DNA of 64,000 bases from an uncultured Caulobacterales bacterium. GTDB lineage: Bacteria; Pseudomonadota; Alphaproteobacteria; Caulobacterales; Maricaulaceae. The notes below the pieces were generated by a model, which made no database searches, was not told where the DNA came from, and saw nothing but the letters and a program-made list of their open reading frames with translations. The position numbers were made by a program, and so were the translations under genes. Of this stretch, positions 27,599-39,859 are shown piece after piece (positions within the stretch are counted from its first letter, which is position 1; each line of letters begins with the position of its first letter). Location: positions 1,705 to 65,704 of the forward strand of contig CAZKBB010000005.1 of the NCBI GenBank assembly GCA_964550935.1, given 5' to 3'.

Positions 27599-28744
27599 CT
27601 AGCCGAACAGGCCGGTCCCGCGCGGCGGCTCGGCCCCGCGATGCACGTGCGCGCCCAGCACCAGGCCGAGCCCGGCCAGCACGGCCATCATCACCGTGCC
27701 GCCGTAGGAAATCATCGGAAGCGGCACGCCCACCACGGGCACCAGCCCCATGACCATGGCGGTGTTGATGAAGATGTAGAGCGCGAAGGTGGTGGTCACG
27801 CCCATCACGGTCAGGCGCAGGAAGACCGACTTGCACGAGGCCGCGATCACGATGCAGTTGGCCAGGAGGAGCGCGTAGAGCGCAAGCACGAAGATGCCGC
27901 CGACGAAGCCGAACTCCTCGCCCAGCATGGTGAAGATGAAGTCGGTCTGCTTTTCCGGCAGGAAGTCGAGATGGGCCTGGCTGCCCTGCATGTAGCCCTT
28001 GCCGGTCATGCCGCCCGAGCCCAGCGCGATCTTGGACTGCAGGATGTGATAGCCCGAGCCGAGCGGATCGCTCTCCGGGTCCAGGAAGGTCATCACGCGC
28101 TCGCGCTGATAGGGCTTCAGCCCGTAGCGCAGGAAGCCGATCCCGCCGACCACCCCGGCGATCCCGGCGGGCACGATGATCTTCCAGCTCAACCCCGCCA
28201 GGAACACGATCGCAGCGCCGGTCGCGGCCAGAAGCACGGCCGTGCCGAGGTCGGGCTGGTTGACGATCAGCAGCATCGGCGCGCCGATCATCAGCGCGGG
28301 CGGGATCAACCCGCCGAGCCGGGAGACCTTCTCCGGCGCCAGGTCGTGGTAATACCGCGCCAGCGCCAGCACGAGCGCCACCTTCATGAGTTCGGAGGGC
28401 TGCAGCCTGAGCGGACCGATCTCGAGCCAGCGCTGCGCGCCCATGGCGGTCACGCCCACCAGCTCGACCGCCACCAGCAGCCCGAGCGAGCCCAGATAGG
28501 CCGGATAGGCGAGCCCCATCCAGAAGCGCGGCGGGAACATCGCCACCACCAGCATGACGGTGAGCCCGAGCGCGAAGCGGCCGGCGTGGCGCACCGCCCA
28601 GGGACCCCAGTCGCCGCCGGCCACCGAATAGAGCATGCCCACCCCGATCGCGCCGATCAGCGCGACGAGGAGGACGAAGGCCCAGTTGATCTCGAACAGC
28701 TTGTCGCGCAGCGAGCGCGGCACGGTCTGGGTGAAGACAGCCAT
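27599..28744 (-). CDS. rodA: Rod shape-determining protein RodA (SEDS family)
   Basis: 381 aa FtsW/RodA/SpoVE family protein, downstream of mrdA. Confidence 0.9.
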   Translation of the reverse strand: MAVFTQTVPRSLRDKLFEINWAFVLLVALIGAIGVGMLYSVAGGDWGPWAVRHAGRFALGLTVMLVVAMFPPRFWMGLAYPAYLGSLGLLVAVELVGVTAMGAQRWLEIGPLRLQPSELMKVALVLALARYYHDLAPEKVSRLGGLIPPALMIGAPMLLIVNQPDLGTAVLLAATGAAIVFLAGLSWKIIVPAGIAGVVGGIGFLRYGLKPYQRERVMTFLDPESDPLGSGYHILQSKIALGSGGMTGKGYMQGSQAHLDFLPEKQTDFIFTMLGEEFGFVGGIFVLALYALLLANCIVIAASCKSVFLRLTVMGVTTTFALYIFINTAMVMGLVPVVGVPLPMISYGGTVMMAVLAGLGLVLGAHVHRGAEPPRGTGLFG

Positions 28745-28747
28745 GGT

Positions 28748-30628
28748 CTAGCGCCCTCCCCCGCCTTGCACGGCGTCGGCCGCGGCGGTCTCGGCCGGGC
28801 GCGCGATGCGACCGGCCGGATCGCGAGCGATCAGATCGCCGAGGATGTCGCGCGCCGGTCCCGCCGCGCGCGTGCCCCCGCCGCCATGCTCAACCACCAC
28901 CGCGACGGCGTATTTGGGATTGTCCGCCGGACCATAGCCCACGAACAGCCCGTGATTACGCAGCCGCCAGGGCAGATCTTCCTGTTCGCGCACGCCCTGG
29001 GCGCGCTCTTCAGCTGAGATCGAGTACACCTGGGCCGTGCCGGTCTTGCCGCCCATGCGGAAGGCGTCGAACTGCGGCCCGCCGAGCGGCCAGTAGGCCG
29101 TGCCGCCGGCCTCGTGCACCACGCCCACATGGGCCTCGTGGATCAGGCGGCGCGCGGTCTCGTCCAGACCCAGCGCCTCGCCGGGTCCGGCGTCGGGCGT
29201 GCGCAGGAGGGTCGGGCGCAGGGCGCGCCCCGTGGTGAGCCGGCCGATCATGACCAGCAGCTCCAGCGGCGTCATCAGCATGAAGCCCTGGCCGATGCCC
29301 GCGTTATAGGTGTCGCCCAGCGACCATCCTGCCCCGCGGCGTGCGCGCTTCCACTGCGGAGACGGCGCGATGCCGCGCGCGAAGCCGGGCAGGTCGACGC
29401 CGATGTCGTAGGCCTCCATCACGCCCAGACGGCGCATCATCTCGTTCATCCGCTCGATGCCGAGCCGGTGGGCGACCTCGTAGAAATAGACGTCGCAGGA
29501 GGCCTTCACCCCGTCGTGCAGATCGACCGGGCCATGCCCGCGCCGGCGCCAGCAGTGGAAGGTGCGGTCGCCTAGCCGGACCGAGCCGTTGCAGGTGATG
29601 CGCTCTGACGGCTCGATCACGCCGGCCTCCAGCGCGGCGAGCGCCATCATCCCCTTCACCGTCGAGGCTGGCGCGTAGCGGCCCAGAAGCGCCTTGTTGT
29701 AGAGCGGGCGGTAGCGGTCCTCGTTGAGTCCGCGGAAATCCTCCACCGAAATGCCCTGCACGAACAGGTTCGGGTCAAAGCCGGGACTTGAGACCATGGA
29801 GAGCATCTCGCCGCTCTCCAGATCCATGGTCAGCGCCGCGCCGCTGGTTCCCGCAAGCCGCTCCGAGGCGAAGCGCTGCGCGGTCGCGTCGATGGACAGC
29901 GTCACGTCCTCGCCGGAGCGCGCCGGCACGGACTGGTTCGGCAGCTCCCGGATCACGCGGCCATAGGCGTTGACTTCGACCTTGAGCTGGCCCGCCGACC
30001 CGCGCAGGCGGTCCTCCTGGGCGGCCTCAACGCCGGAGCGTCCGATCCGGAAACCGGGGTGGCGCAGCAGCCGATCGTCCCCGGCCACCTCGTCGGGCGC
30101 GGCCTGCACGTAGCCCACCACATGAGCGAAGGACTGCGGCAACGGATACTGGCGCACCTCGCCCACGTCGGGCGTGACCCCGGCGAGCTTGGGCAAGGTG
30201 AGGTTGACCTTGGTGAAGGTCTCCCAGTCCAGATCCTCAGCCACGGTGACCGGACGGAAGCGCGGGTTGCGCGCTACGTCCTGCAGGATGCGCTCGATGC
30301 GCGCCTGGCTCAGATCGATGACGGAGGCGAGCTGGTTCAAGGTCGCGCGCGGATCGTTGGCGTCCTCGGGCACCAGGAGGATGCGGTAATTGTCCCGGTT
30401 GTCCGCCACCGGCGCGCCGAACCGGTCCAGCACGCGCCCGCGCGAGGGCGGCTGGAGGCGGAAGTTGAACTGATTGTCCTCCGCCATCGTCTGATAGTCG
30501 GCGTGCCCGGTGATCTGCAGGGTGTGCAGCCGCGCGCCAAGCCCGGCGAACGCGCCCGCGCCGATCCCGCCGAGCAATAGCGCGCGGCGGGTGAACTGGG
30601 CCTGGCTCTCCTGCTTGTCGCGTCTCAT
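28748..30628 (-). CDS. mrdA: Penicillin-binding protein 2
   Basis: 626 aa with an STVK (SxxK) motif and KTGTA. Confidence 0.9.
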   Translation of the reverse strand: MRRDKQESQAQFTRRALLLGGIGAGAFAGLGARLHTLQITGHADYQTMAEDNQFNFRLQPPSRGRVLDRFGAPVADNRDNYRILLVPEDANDPRATLNQLASVIDLSQARIERILQDVARNPRFRPVTVAEDLDWETFTKVNLTLPKLAGVTPDVGEVRQYPLPQSFAHVVGYVQAAPDEVAGDDRLLRHPGFRIGRSGVEAAQEDRLRGSAGQLKVEVNAYGRVIRELPNQSVPARSGEDVTLSIDATAQRFASERLAGTSGAALTMDLESGEMLSMVSSPGFDPNLFVQGISVEDFRGLNEDRYRPLYNKALLGRYAPASTVKGMMALAALEAGVIEPSERITCNGSVRLGDRTFHCWRRRGHGPVDLHDGVKASCDVYFYEVAHRLGIERMNEMMRRLGVMEAYDIGVDLPGFARGIAPSPQWKRARRGAGWSLGDTYNAGIGQGFMLMTPLELLVMIGRLTTGRALRPTLLRTPDAGPGEALGLDETARRLIHEAHVGVVHEAGGTAYWPLGGPQFDAFRMGGKTGTAQVYSISAEERAQGVREQEDLPWRLRNHGLFVGYGPADNPKYAVAVVVEHGGGGTRAAGPARDILGDLIARDPAGRIARPAETAAADAVQGGGGR

Positions 30629-30668
30629 CTCGCTCCGTCCGGGCGCCCGGTCCGGCCGGGCTCACGCC

Positions 30669-31175
30669 TCAAGAAAACGTAGTGCGTTCCTTGCGCCGCG
30701 CGAACAGCGCCGCGAACACCGGGAACAAAAGCACGCTCAGCACCCCGTCGGCGACCAGCTGGCCGGCGCCCGCCAGATCGCCGAGCGCGACATAGCCCGC
30801 CGCCCATGCGCTCAGCGATGCGATCGCCGCGCCCAGCGCAAAGCGCACCGATAGCGTGAACACGTCGGTTCCCCCCTCCTCCGTCGACGGGCGCGCGATC
30901 AGGAAGGCGGCCAGATAGGACAGCGCCCACACCCCCAGCAGCCCGCCCGACAACAGGTCCTTCAACAGCCCGACGATGAAGATCAGCCATGGCGGAACGA
31001 AGGCCGGCCGGCGCGCGGCCCAGATGTAAAGCACCATCAACGGCAGAAGCGGCATCAGGTTCGGCCCGGCGGGCAGTCGCGTCGGGGCGGCGTGGAATAA
31101 CAGCGCCAAGGTGAGCGTGATCGCCATGGCGATCCCGGTCACCGCGCCGACGGGGCGTTCAAGCGAGCCGCGCAT
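30669..31175 (-). CDS. mreD: Rod shape-determining protein MreD
   Basis: 168 aa polytopic protein between mreC and mrdA. Confidence 0.8.
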   Translation of the reverse strand: MRGSLERPVGAVTGIAMAITLTLALLFHAAPTRLPAGPNLMPLLPLMVLYIWAARRPAFVPPWLIFIVGLLKDLLSGGLLGVWALSYLAAFLIARPSTEEGGTDVFTLSVRFALGAAIASLSAWAAGYVALGDLAGAGQLVADGVLSVLLFPVFAALFARRKERTTFS

Positions 31176-31177
31176 GA

Positions 31178-32167
31178 TCAGCCCTCCTCCGCAGCGGCGG
31201 CCGCAGCGTCCGCGCTCGCCGGCTCGTCCGGCGCCGCCTCTGCGAGCGTCTCATCGGACGCCTCGATCGCTTCGGTCACGTCGGAAACCGGGGTTTCGGC
31301 CGCCGGCGCCAGGGCGACGGGGGCGTCTTCGGGCGCAGGCACCGGCTCATAGGGCCAGATCCAGACCAGATCGACCGGCTGGGCGCGCGAATAAAGCGCC
31401 ACGCGCCACACCCCGTCGCGGCCCTGGATCGCCTCGCCCACAGGCACGCCGCGCGGCATCTCGTTGTCGTCGCCGGAGGTGACGATGCGGTCGCCCACCT
31501 CCAGATTGGGCTCGCGGCCGAGATACTCCAGGCGCGGAAACTCCGAGTTGTCGCCCACCAGAAGCGCGCGTTGATTGGTGCGGTCGGCCATCACCGCGAC
31601 GCGGCTGTTCAGATCGGTCAGGAGCAGAACGCGCGAGGAGCGTGCGCCCACGTCCACCACGCGCCCGATCAGGCCGTAGACGTTCAGCGCGGGATAGTTC
31701 ACCTCCACCCCGTCCTCGGCCCCGATGCCGATCAGGCGGGCGCGCACGAACGGGCCTTCGCGTTCCGCCACGGTCCAGCCGGAGATGCGCTCGCGCGCGG
31801 CCGGAGCGTCGAGATTGAGCGCCTGCTCGTAAAGCTGGGCGCGGTCGCGCAAGGACAGGGCGAGGTCGCGCCAGGCGGCGAGTTCTGCGACCTGGCCCTC
31901 CAGCTCGCGGTTCTCCTCGGCCAGCTCCATCTGGCGCTCCCACCATGGACCCATGTTGCGAAGGCCCCGCACGGGCCGGGCCGCCAGGTCGAGGGCGGGC
32001 GCCATGGCGTCGTTGAAGGCGGTGCGCGCCTGGATGAGGGCCGGATTGCGCTCCCCGGGACGGTCATTGACCACGATAACGGCCGCGAGCGCGATCAACA
32101 GCAGATGAAACGTGCGGGAGAAGCGCACGCCGTCGTCGTCCCGCCGGGCTGATCGCCATTGCGCCAC
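31178..32167 (-). CDS. mreC: Rod shape-determining protein MreC
   Basis: 329 aa with an N-terminal TM helix, a coiled coil, a beta-barrel core and a Pro/Ala-rich tail. Confidence 0.85.
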   Translation of the reverse strand: MAQWRSARRDDDGVRFSRTFHLLLIALAAVIVVNDRPGERNPALIQARTAFNDAMAPALDLAARPVRGLRNMGPWWERQMELAEENRELEGQVAELAAWRDLALSLRDRAQLYEQALNLDAPAARERISGWTVAEREGPFVRARLIGIGAEDGVEVNYPALNVYGLIGRVVDVGARSSRVLLLTDLNSRVAVMADRTNQRALLVGDNSEFPRLEYLGREPNLEVGDRIVTSGDDNEMPRGVPVGEAIQGRDGVWRVALYSRAQPVDLVWIWPYEPVPAPEDAPVALAPAAETPVSDVTEAIEASDETLAEAAPDEPASADAAAAAAEEG

Positions 32168-32189
32168 GAGCGGGCGCCTCCCTCTCGGT

Positions 32190-34051
<1,862 letters not shown>

Positions 34052-34168
34052 CGCGGGGCTCGTCGGATCGGGCGGCGGCGTTATGCGCGCCCATGCAGGT
34101 TTCACGCCTGTTCAAGGCGCGCGACACGAATACCGCGCCCGGCGCGTTTCGCAATCGCCGAGCGCGGC

Positions 34169-35155
34169 TCAACGCTCGCCCAGCAGCCCCCTCAGCTCCG
34201 CGCCGGGCGCTTCGAGCGGGTGCTCGAAGGCTTTCGCGCGGCGCGCCTTCAGGCGCGCGCGTCCGGCCTCGTAGTCGGCGACCCAGCGCTTGGCGAAGTC
34301 GCCCGAGGCGACGTCGGCGGCGATGCGTTCGAAGACGGGCCGCACGGCCTGGCGAATCGCGGGCTCGACCTCATGGGCGCCGAACTCGGCGGTGTCGGAG
34401 ATCGCCTCGAACATGCCCGCCACGCCGCGCTCATGAATGAGGTCAGCGAGGTATTTCAGCTCATGGACCGTGTCGATATAGGCCATGCGCTCGCCGACCC
34501 CGGCGCGCACCAGCGTCTCGAAGCCCTCATGGGCGAGCGCGCACAAGCCGCCCACCAGCACGGCCTGTTCGCCGAGAATGTCGGCGAGCGCCTCCTCGCG
34601 GAACGTCGTCTCGAAGACGCCGGCGCGCCCGCACCCCAGCGCGGCGAGATAGGCCTGGCCGATCGCGGCGGCCTCGCCCGAACCGTCCTGAGCCACGCCC
34701 CAGAAGCCGATCAGCCCCGCGCCCTTCTCATAGGCCTTGCGCACCATCCCGCCCGGGCCCTTGGGCGCGGCGAGGATGAGATCGCAGTCCGCCGGCGCAT
34801 CGATCAGTCCGTACTCCACCGAAAAGCCGTGGCAGAACAACAGCGCCTGGCCGGGCTTGCGGTTGGGCGCGATCGACGTGCGCCAGATCTCGCCGTGCGC
34901 CTCGTCCGCAGCCAGCAACGAGATCGCGTCGGCGCGCCGCGCGGCGTCGTTGAGCGAGACCACCTCGAAGCCGTCCGCCTCGGCCTGGGCGCGGCTCTTC
35001 GAGCCTTCGCGCAAAGCGACCAGCACCCCCTCGATCCCGCTGTCGCGCAGGTTCAGCGCGTGGCTTCGCCCGTGATTGCCGTAGCCGATCAGCGCGAGCG
35101 TGCGCCGCTTCAAGGGCGCAAGATCGATATCGGCCTGGTAAAGCGGCTCGCTCAT
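34169..35155 (-). CDS. ilvC: Ketol-acid reductoisomerase, class I, divergent
   Basis: GYGNHGRSHALNLRDSG Rossmann motif. Also APKGPGGMVR, FREEALADILGEQAVL, HELKYLADL and ISDTAEFG, which keep the metal and substrate motifs. Confidence 0.75.
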   Translation of the reverse strand: MSEPLYQADIDLAPLKRRTLALIGYGNHGRSHALNLRDSGIEGVLVALREGSKSRAQAEADGFEVVSLNDAARRADAISLLAADEAHGEIWRTSIAPNRKPGQALLFCHGFSVEYGLIDAPADCDLILAAPKGPGGMVRKAYEKGAGLIGFWGVAQDGSGEAAAIGQAYLAALGCGRAGVFETTFREEALADILGEQAVLVGGLCALAHEGFETLVRAGVGERMAYIDTVHELKYLADLIHERGVAGMFEAISDTAEFGAHEVEPAIRQAVRPVFERIAADVASGDFAKRWVADYEAGRARLKARRAKAFEHPLEAPGAELRGLLGER

Positions 35156-36087
35156 GGCGGGGGATCCAGGGCAAAGCGGGACAGGGCGGGTTCAAGCTCA
35201 GCGCGCTGGGCGTCCGGGTCAAGCGAGGCGATGCGCGCCCAGTCCGGCGTCTGGTTCCGAAACCAGGTGAACTGACGCTTGGCGTAGCGGCGCGTGTCGC
35301 GCGCGCCGGTCTCCATCGCCTCTTCGAGCGTCGTTTCTCCGGCGAGATGCGCCAGAAGCGGCGGCAGGCCGACCGCCTTCATGGCGGGCAGTTCCGGATC
35401 GAGCCCGCGCGCCGCGATCGCGCGCGCTTCCTCCAGCGCGCCGGCCTCCACCATGGCCGCAAAGCGCTGGTCGATGCGCGCATACAGCGCCTCGCGATCG
35501 GGCTCGATCACCACGCCGGTCCAGCGCTCCGGCGCGATGAGCGGCCGGGTCTCGACGTGCAGCGCGGACAGCCTCGCGCCGGCGTAGCCGAGCTCGACGA
35601 CCCGCAGGAGCCGCTGGCGGTCGTTGGCTTCGATGCGCGCGGCCGCGCGCCCGTCGAGGCGGGCGGCCTCGGCGCGCAAGCCGTCGAGGCCGCCCGCCTC
35701 GAACAGCGCCTGCGCCCGCGCGCGCGCGGCGTCTGGAATGTCAGGGGCCGGAGCGAGGCCTTCGGTGAGCGCCTTGAAGTAGAGCCCGGTCCCGCCGACC
35801 AACACCACGTTGCGCCCGCGCGCGCTAATCTCGGCGATGCGCTGCAGCGCAGCCTCGGCCCAGCGCCCGGTGGTGAAGCGCTCGCCCGGATCGATTTCGC
35901 CGAAGAGGTGATGGGCGAGCCCGCCGCGCTCGGCCGCGTCCGGCTGGGCTGTGATGACGGGCAGGCCCGCGTAGACCTGCATGGAGTCCGAGTTGACGAT
36001 CTCCGCGCCGAGCCGCCGGGCGGCCTCCACCGCCAGAGCGGTCTTGCCCGACGCGGTCGGACCCGCGATCAGGAGAAGGTCGCGCAC
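35152..36087 (-). CDS. miaA: tRNA dimethylallyltransferase
   Basis: P-loop IAGPTASGKTALAV, plus SDSMQVY and KRQFTWFRN. Confidence 0.92.
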   Translation of the reverse strand: MRDLLLIAGPTASGKTALAVEAARRLGAEIVNSDSMQVYAGLPVITAQPDAAERGGLAHHLFGEIDPGERFTTGRWAEAALQRIAEISARGRNVVLVGGTGLYFKALTEGLAPAPDIPDAARARAQALFEAGGLDGLRAEAARLDGRAAARIEANDRQRLLRVVELGYAGARLSALHVETRPLIAPERWTGVVIEPDREALYARIDQRFAAMVEAGALEEARAIAARGLDPELPAMKAVGLPPLLAHLAGETTLEEAMETGARDTRRYAKRQFTWFRNQTPDWARIASLDPDAQRAELEPALSRFALDPPP

Positions 36088-36108
36088 CGCACCACCGCCT
36101 GACGCGCC

Positions 36109-37509
36109 TTACGGGCGCAGGGCCTGCTGCAGGAACTGGCCAGAGCGGTTGAGCGTGACCAGCACGGGCCGGCCCGCCTCGATCGCCTGTTCAGCCGCGA
36201 CGCGGGCCTCGTCCAGCGTCTCCACCGGCGTCCAGGCGACCTGCTCGACCACGTCGCCCACGCGCACCTTGCCGGCCGCGTCAGAGCCCGGGTCGACCGC
36301 GGTCACGACAAGGCCCTGGGCGTCGGGATGCACGCGATGTTCGCGCCGCAGACCGTCGCTCAAGGGGCGCAAGGTAAGGCCCAGAAGCGTGCCTGAGGCC
36401 GAGGCCGCGTCGTTTTCGCCCCCCGCCGAGGCCGGTCGGCGCGGCTCGGTCTCGGGTTCGTCGAGGCGCTCCACCGTGACGGGGAGCGTCATCGCCTCGC
36501 CCTCGCGCAGAATGTCCACGTCCACCGTCGCGCCGACCTCGGTCTCGGCCACGATGAAGGGCAGGCGCCGGTCGTCGGGCACCAGCTCGCCGGCGAAGGT
36601 CAGAATGAGATCGCCCGGCTGCAGCCCGGCTTCGGCGGCGGGACCGTCCGGGTCCACGCGCGTGACCATCGCGCCGCGCGGGACGTCGAGCCCGAGCGCG
36701 CCGGCCATGTCCGCGTCAAGGCCCTGCACGTTCACGCCGAGCCAGCCGCGGCGCGTCTCGCCGTACTCCAGAAGCTGGGCGATGACCGGCGCGGCGACAT
36801 TGGAGGGAATGGAGAAAGAAATGCCGACGCTGGCGCCGGTGGGCGAGAAGATCGCGGTGTTCACCCCGATCACGTCGCCGTCCATGTCGAACATCGGCCC
36901 GCCGGAATTGCCCCGGTTAATCGCGACGTCGGTCTGGAGATAGTCGTCGTACGGCCCACCGATCTCACGGCCCTGGGCGGAGATGACCCCTGCGGTGAGC
37001 GAGCCGCCGAGCCCGAACGGGTTGCCGATCGCGATCACCCAGTCGCCTACGCGCACATCGTCGGAGTTCCCGAACGCCACCGCGGGCAGCGCCTGCTCCG
37101 GCTCCACGCGCAGCACCGCCAGGTCCGTGGCCGGGTCGCGCCCGATGATCTCGGCCGGTAAGGCGCGCCCGTCGAACAGGACGACCTCGACCTCGTCGGC
37201 GTCCTCAATGACGTGGTTGTTGGTCACGACCACGCCTTCGGCGTCGATGATGAAACCTGAGCCGAGCGAGTTCGCGATGCGCGGGCTGTCGCCCAGGAGA
37301 TCGTTGAATCGCTCCAGCGGGGAGCCCGGCGGGAAGGTCGGCATGCCCTCGCCCGCGCCCATGCGCTGCGCCGCGGAGATGTTGACCACCGCCGGGGACA
37401 GGCGCTCGGCGAGATCGGCGAAGCCGTCATCGGGCTGGGCGGGCGCGGCCGCAGCTAACCCGGCGGTCAGTCCCGCAGCCAGGGCGAGCACGGCGATCAG
37501 TCGGCGCAT
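36109..37509 (-). CDS. degP: Do/DegP-family periplasmic serine endoprotease with two PDZ domains
   Basis: Signal peptide, TNNHV (His), GNSGGP (Ser), and two PDZ-like segments. Confidence 0.9.
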   Translation of the reverse strand: MRRLIAVLALAAGLTAGLAAAAPAQPDDGFADLAERLSPAVVNISAAQRMGAGEGMPTFPPGSPLERFNDLLGDSPRIANSLGSGFIIDAEGVVVTNNHVIEDADEVEVVLFDGRALPAEIIGRDPATDLAVLRVEPEQALPAVAFGNSDDVRVGDWVIAIGNPFGLGGSLTAGVISAQGREIGGPYDDYLQTDVAINRGNSGGPMFDMDGDVIGVNTAIFSPTGASVGISFSIPSNVAAPVIAQLLEYGETRRGWLGVNVQGLDADMAGALGLDVPRGAMVTRVDPDGPAAEAGLQPGDLILTFAGELVPDDRRLPFIVAETEVGATVDVDILREGEAMTLPVTVERLDEPETEPRRPASAGGENDAASASGTLLGLTLRPLSDGLRREHRVHPDAQGLVVTAVDPGSDAAGKVRVGDVVEQVAWTPVETLDEARVAAEQAIEAGRPVLVTLNRSGQFLQQALRP

Positions 37510-37590
37510 GACGGAACCTTCAACACTGGGCGCGTCAGATGTAAGCCCCGCAGGGCGTTCGCGGCAAGGCGAGGCGGCGAGCCCGAAGGC

Positions 37591-37788
37591 TCACCCGCCG
37601 AGCGAGCGCGCCAGAGCGACGACCCCGACCCCGGCGGCGACGGCGCCGAGACCGGCCAGGCGAAGCTGTCCGGGCTCGGCCAGGCGGGCGGCGGCGGCGA
37701 CGCGTTTCATCGCGCCCGGCGCGGCGGCGCAGAGCAGGCCTTCAAGAACCAGCGCCACGCCCGCGCCGAGCAGCAGATACACCGCCAT
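37591..37788 (-). CDS. DUF2065 small membrane protein
   Basis: 65 aa with two hydrophobic helices. Its start overlaps the hflC stop (TAATG), the usual position after hflKC. Confidence 0.7.
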   Translation of the reverse strand: MAVYLLLGAGVALVLEGLLCAAAPGAMKRVAAAARLAEPGQLRLAGLGAVAAGVGVVALARSLGG

Positions 37789-38687
37789 TACTGGTCGTCG
37801 AACGTCCCGGTTTCCGAACGGAAGTACCGGAAGAACTCCGAGTCCGGCGGCAGCACCATCGGGGTGCCGTCACGAAGGGTCTGCTCATAGGCGATCATGG
37901 AGCGGTAGAACGCGAAGAACTCCGGATCCACGCCGTAGGCTCCGGCGTAGATCGCATTGCGTCGCGCATCGCCGGCGCCGCGTATCCGCTCGCTTTCGGC
38001 GCGCGCTTCGGCGCGGATGATCGAGGCCTGGCGATCGGCGTCCGCCCGAATTTCCTGGCCGGCCTGTTCGCCTTCGGCCCGGATCCGCGCAGCCTCTTGC
38101 TCACGCTCTGAGCGCATGCGTTCGAACACGCGCTCCTCGATCGCGGTGGGCAGGTCGGCGCGCAGGATACGCACGTCGACGACATCGATACCGAGCGTCT
38201 GGTTGGCCACCTGGCCCTCGACGGAGCTTTGAACACGCTCCATCATCTCGGCGCGACGGCCCGAAATCACGTCCTGGGACGGGATCGAGGCGATCACCCC
38301 ACGCAGGCTGTCATCCATGATCGAGCGCAGGCGCAGCTGGGCCCCGGCCTCGTTGCGCACGGTCTGATAGAGGCGCAGCGGATCGATGATGCGATAGCGC
38401 AGGAAGGCGTCCACGACCAGGCGTTCCTGGTCGGCGGCCTGGATCTCCTCCGGCGCCATGTCGAACTCGATGTTGCGCTTTTCCAGCAAGACGACTTCGT
38501 CCACGAACGGAGCCTTGAAGTGCAACCCCGCGTCCGGATCGCCGGCCTCGTTGACCACGCGCACCGGTTCGCCAAGGCGCAGCACCAGCGCCTGCTCGGT
38601 CTCGCGCACCGTGTAGGTGGCGGTCAGAGCCAGCACCACGAGAACAGCGGCGAGGATCGCCGCCACAATGGCTAGTATACGCATCAC
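37788..38687 (-). CDS. hflC: Protease modulator HflC
   Basis: 299 aa SPFH/band-7 domain protein downstream of hflK, with a 4-nt overlap. Confidence 0.9.
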   Translation of the reverse strand: MMRILAIVAAILAAVLVVLALTATYTVRETEQALVLRLGEPVRVVNEAGDPDAGLHFKAPFVDEVVLLEKRNIEFDMAPEEIQAADQERLVVDAFLRYRIIDPLRLYQTVRNEAGAQLRLRSIMDDSLRGVIASIPSQDVISGRRAEMMERVQSSVEGQVANQTLGIDVVDVRILRADLPTAIEERVFERMRSEREQEAARIRAEGEQAGQEIRADADRQASIIRAEARAESERIRGAGDARRNAIYAGAYGVDPEFFAFYRSMIAYEQTLRDGTPMVLPPDSEFFRYFRSETGTFDDQ

Positions 38688-39859
38688 TGACCTCCCGCGC
38701 TTGTGTTGTCTTGCTGAGCCAACGGAACGCGATTGCGACCCAGCTGATCGAGCGGCAGATACGGAATAGCCCCGGCGCCGTCCTGATCGAGCACGATCAG
38801 GTCCGACCGGCCGAGCACGCGCTCCATCGTCTCAAGGTACATGCGCCGCCGAGTGACGTCGGGCGCCTGGATGTACTCGTCGTAGATCGAGGTGAAGCGA
38901 TCGGCCTGGCCCTGGGCTTCCGCGATCACGCTGTCGCGATAGGCCTGGGCGCTCTCGGTCAACTGCGCCGCCTCGCCTCGCGCCCGAGGGATTACCGAGT
39001 TGGCATAGGCGGTCGCCTGCAGCCGGGCGCGCTCGGCGTCCTGCGCCGCAGCGTCCACGTCGCGGAAAGCTTCGATCACCGCGCCGGGCGCCTGGGCGCG
39101 CTGCAAGTTCACGTTCAGCACCCGAACTCCCGCCTCGTACTCGTCGAGCGTCTCCTGCATCACTTCGAGCGTGCGCTGGGACACCTCGACGCGCCCGCCG
39201 GTGATGATCGACCCCAGATCTGAGGTGCCGGCGACTTCACGGATCGAGCTTTCCGCCACGGCGCGGATCGTGCCGGTCACGTCGCGCACGTTGAACAGGA
39301 AGTCGCGCACCCCGTCAGGATAGGAGGTGTCCACGCGCCACTGCACCGTGAAGCCGAGATCGACGATGTTCTCGTCGCGCGTCAGCATCAGGCTCTCGCG
39401 CTCGGTGCTGCCGAGCGAGATCGAGTTGGTCGTGGTGACTTCCGGCTTCAGCACCGTCTCGATCGGATAGGGCAGCTTCAGCTTGAACCCCGGCGTCGCG
39501 GTGCGCGCATACTCGCCGAAGCGCAGGACCACGCCGGCCTCGCTCGGCCCGACCACGTACCAACCGGTCGCGCCGACCCAGACGACCGCGGCGATCGCGG
39601 CGATCGCGCCGGCGCCGATGCCGCCGCCCTTGCCCGAGCCGCCCTTGCCGCCCCTGCCGCCGCCGAACAGCCTTTTCAGCCGGTTCTGGAAGTTGCGCAC
39701 GATCTCGTCGAGATCGGGCTGGTCGCCGCCTCCTCCCGGACGCCGGCCGTTGCCGCCGCCCGGGCCGCGGCCCCAGGGATTATTGTTGCGGTCGCCGCCG
39801 CCGGATCCGGAGCCCCAAGGGCCTCCGCCGCCGCCAGCGTTGTCGTTCCAGGGCATCAA
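38684..39859 (-). CDS. hflK: Protease modulator HflK
   Basis: Gly-rich N-terminus, one TM helix and an SPFH domain. Confidence 0.9.
   Translation of the reverse strand: MMPWNDNAGGGGGPWGSGSGGGDRNNNPWGRGPGGGNGRRPGGGGDQPDLDEIVRNFQNRLKRLFGGGRGGKGGSGKGGGIGAGAIAAIAAVVWVGATGWYVVGPSEAGVVLRFGEYARTATPGFKLKLPYPIETVLKPEVTTTNSISLGSTERESLMLTRDENIVDLGFTVQWRVDTSYPDGVRDFLFNVRDVTGTIRAVAESSIREVAGTSDLGSIITGGRVEVSQRTLEVMQETLDEYEAGVRVLNVNLQRAQAPGAVIEAFRDVDAAAQDAERARLQATAYANSVIPRARGEAAQLTESAQAYRDSVIAEAQGQADRFTSIYDEYIQAPDVTRRRMYLETMERVLGRSDLIVLDQDGAGAIPYLPLDQLGRNRVPLAQQDNTSAGGQ

Noticed and set aside
25082-29017. Several 430-510-aa ORFs antisense to pip, the NSS transporter gene and rodA (25082..26548, 26452..27753, 27479..29017)
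   Set aside because: Their translations are His/Arg/Asp/Gly-rich and low-complexity. Each is opposite a gene with strong family motifs.
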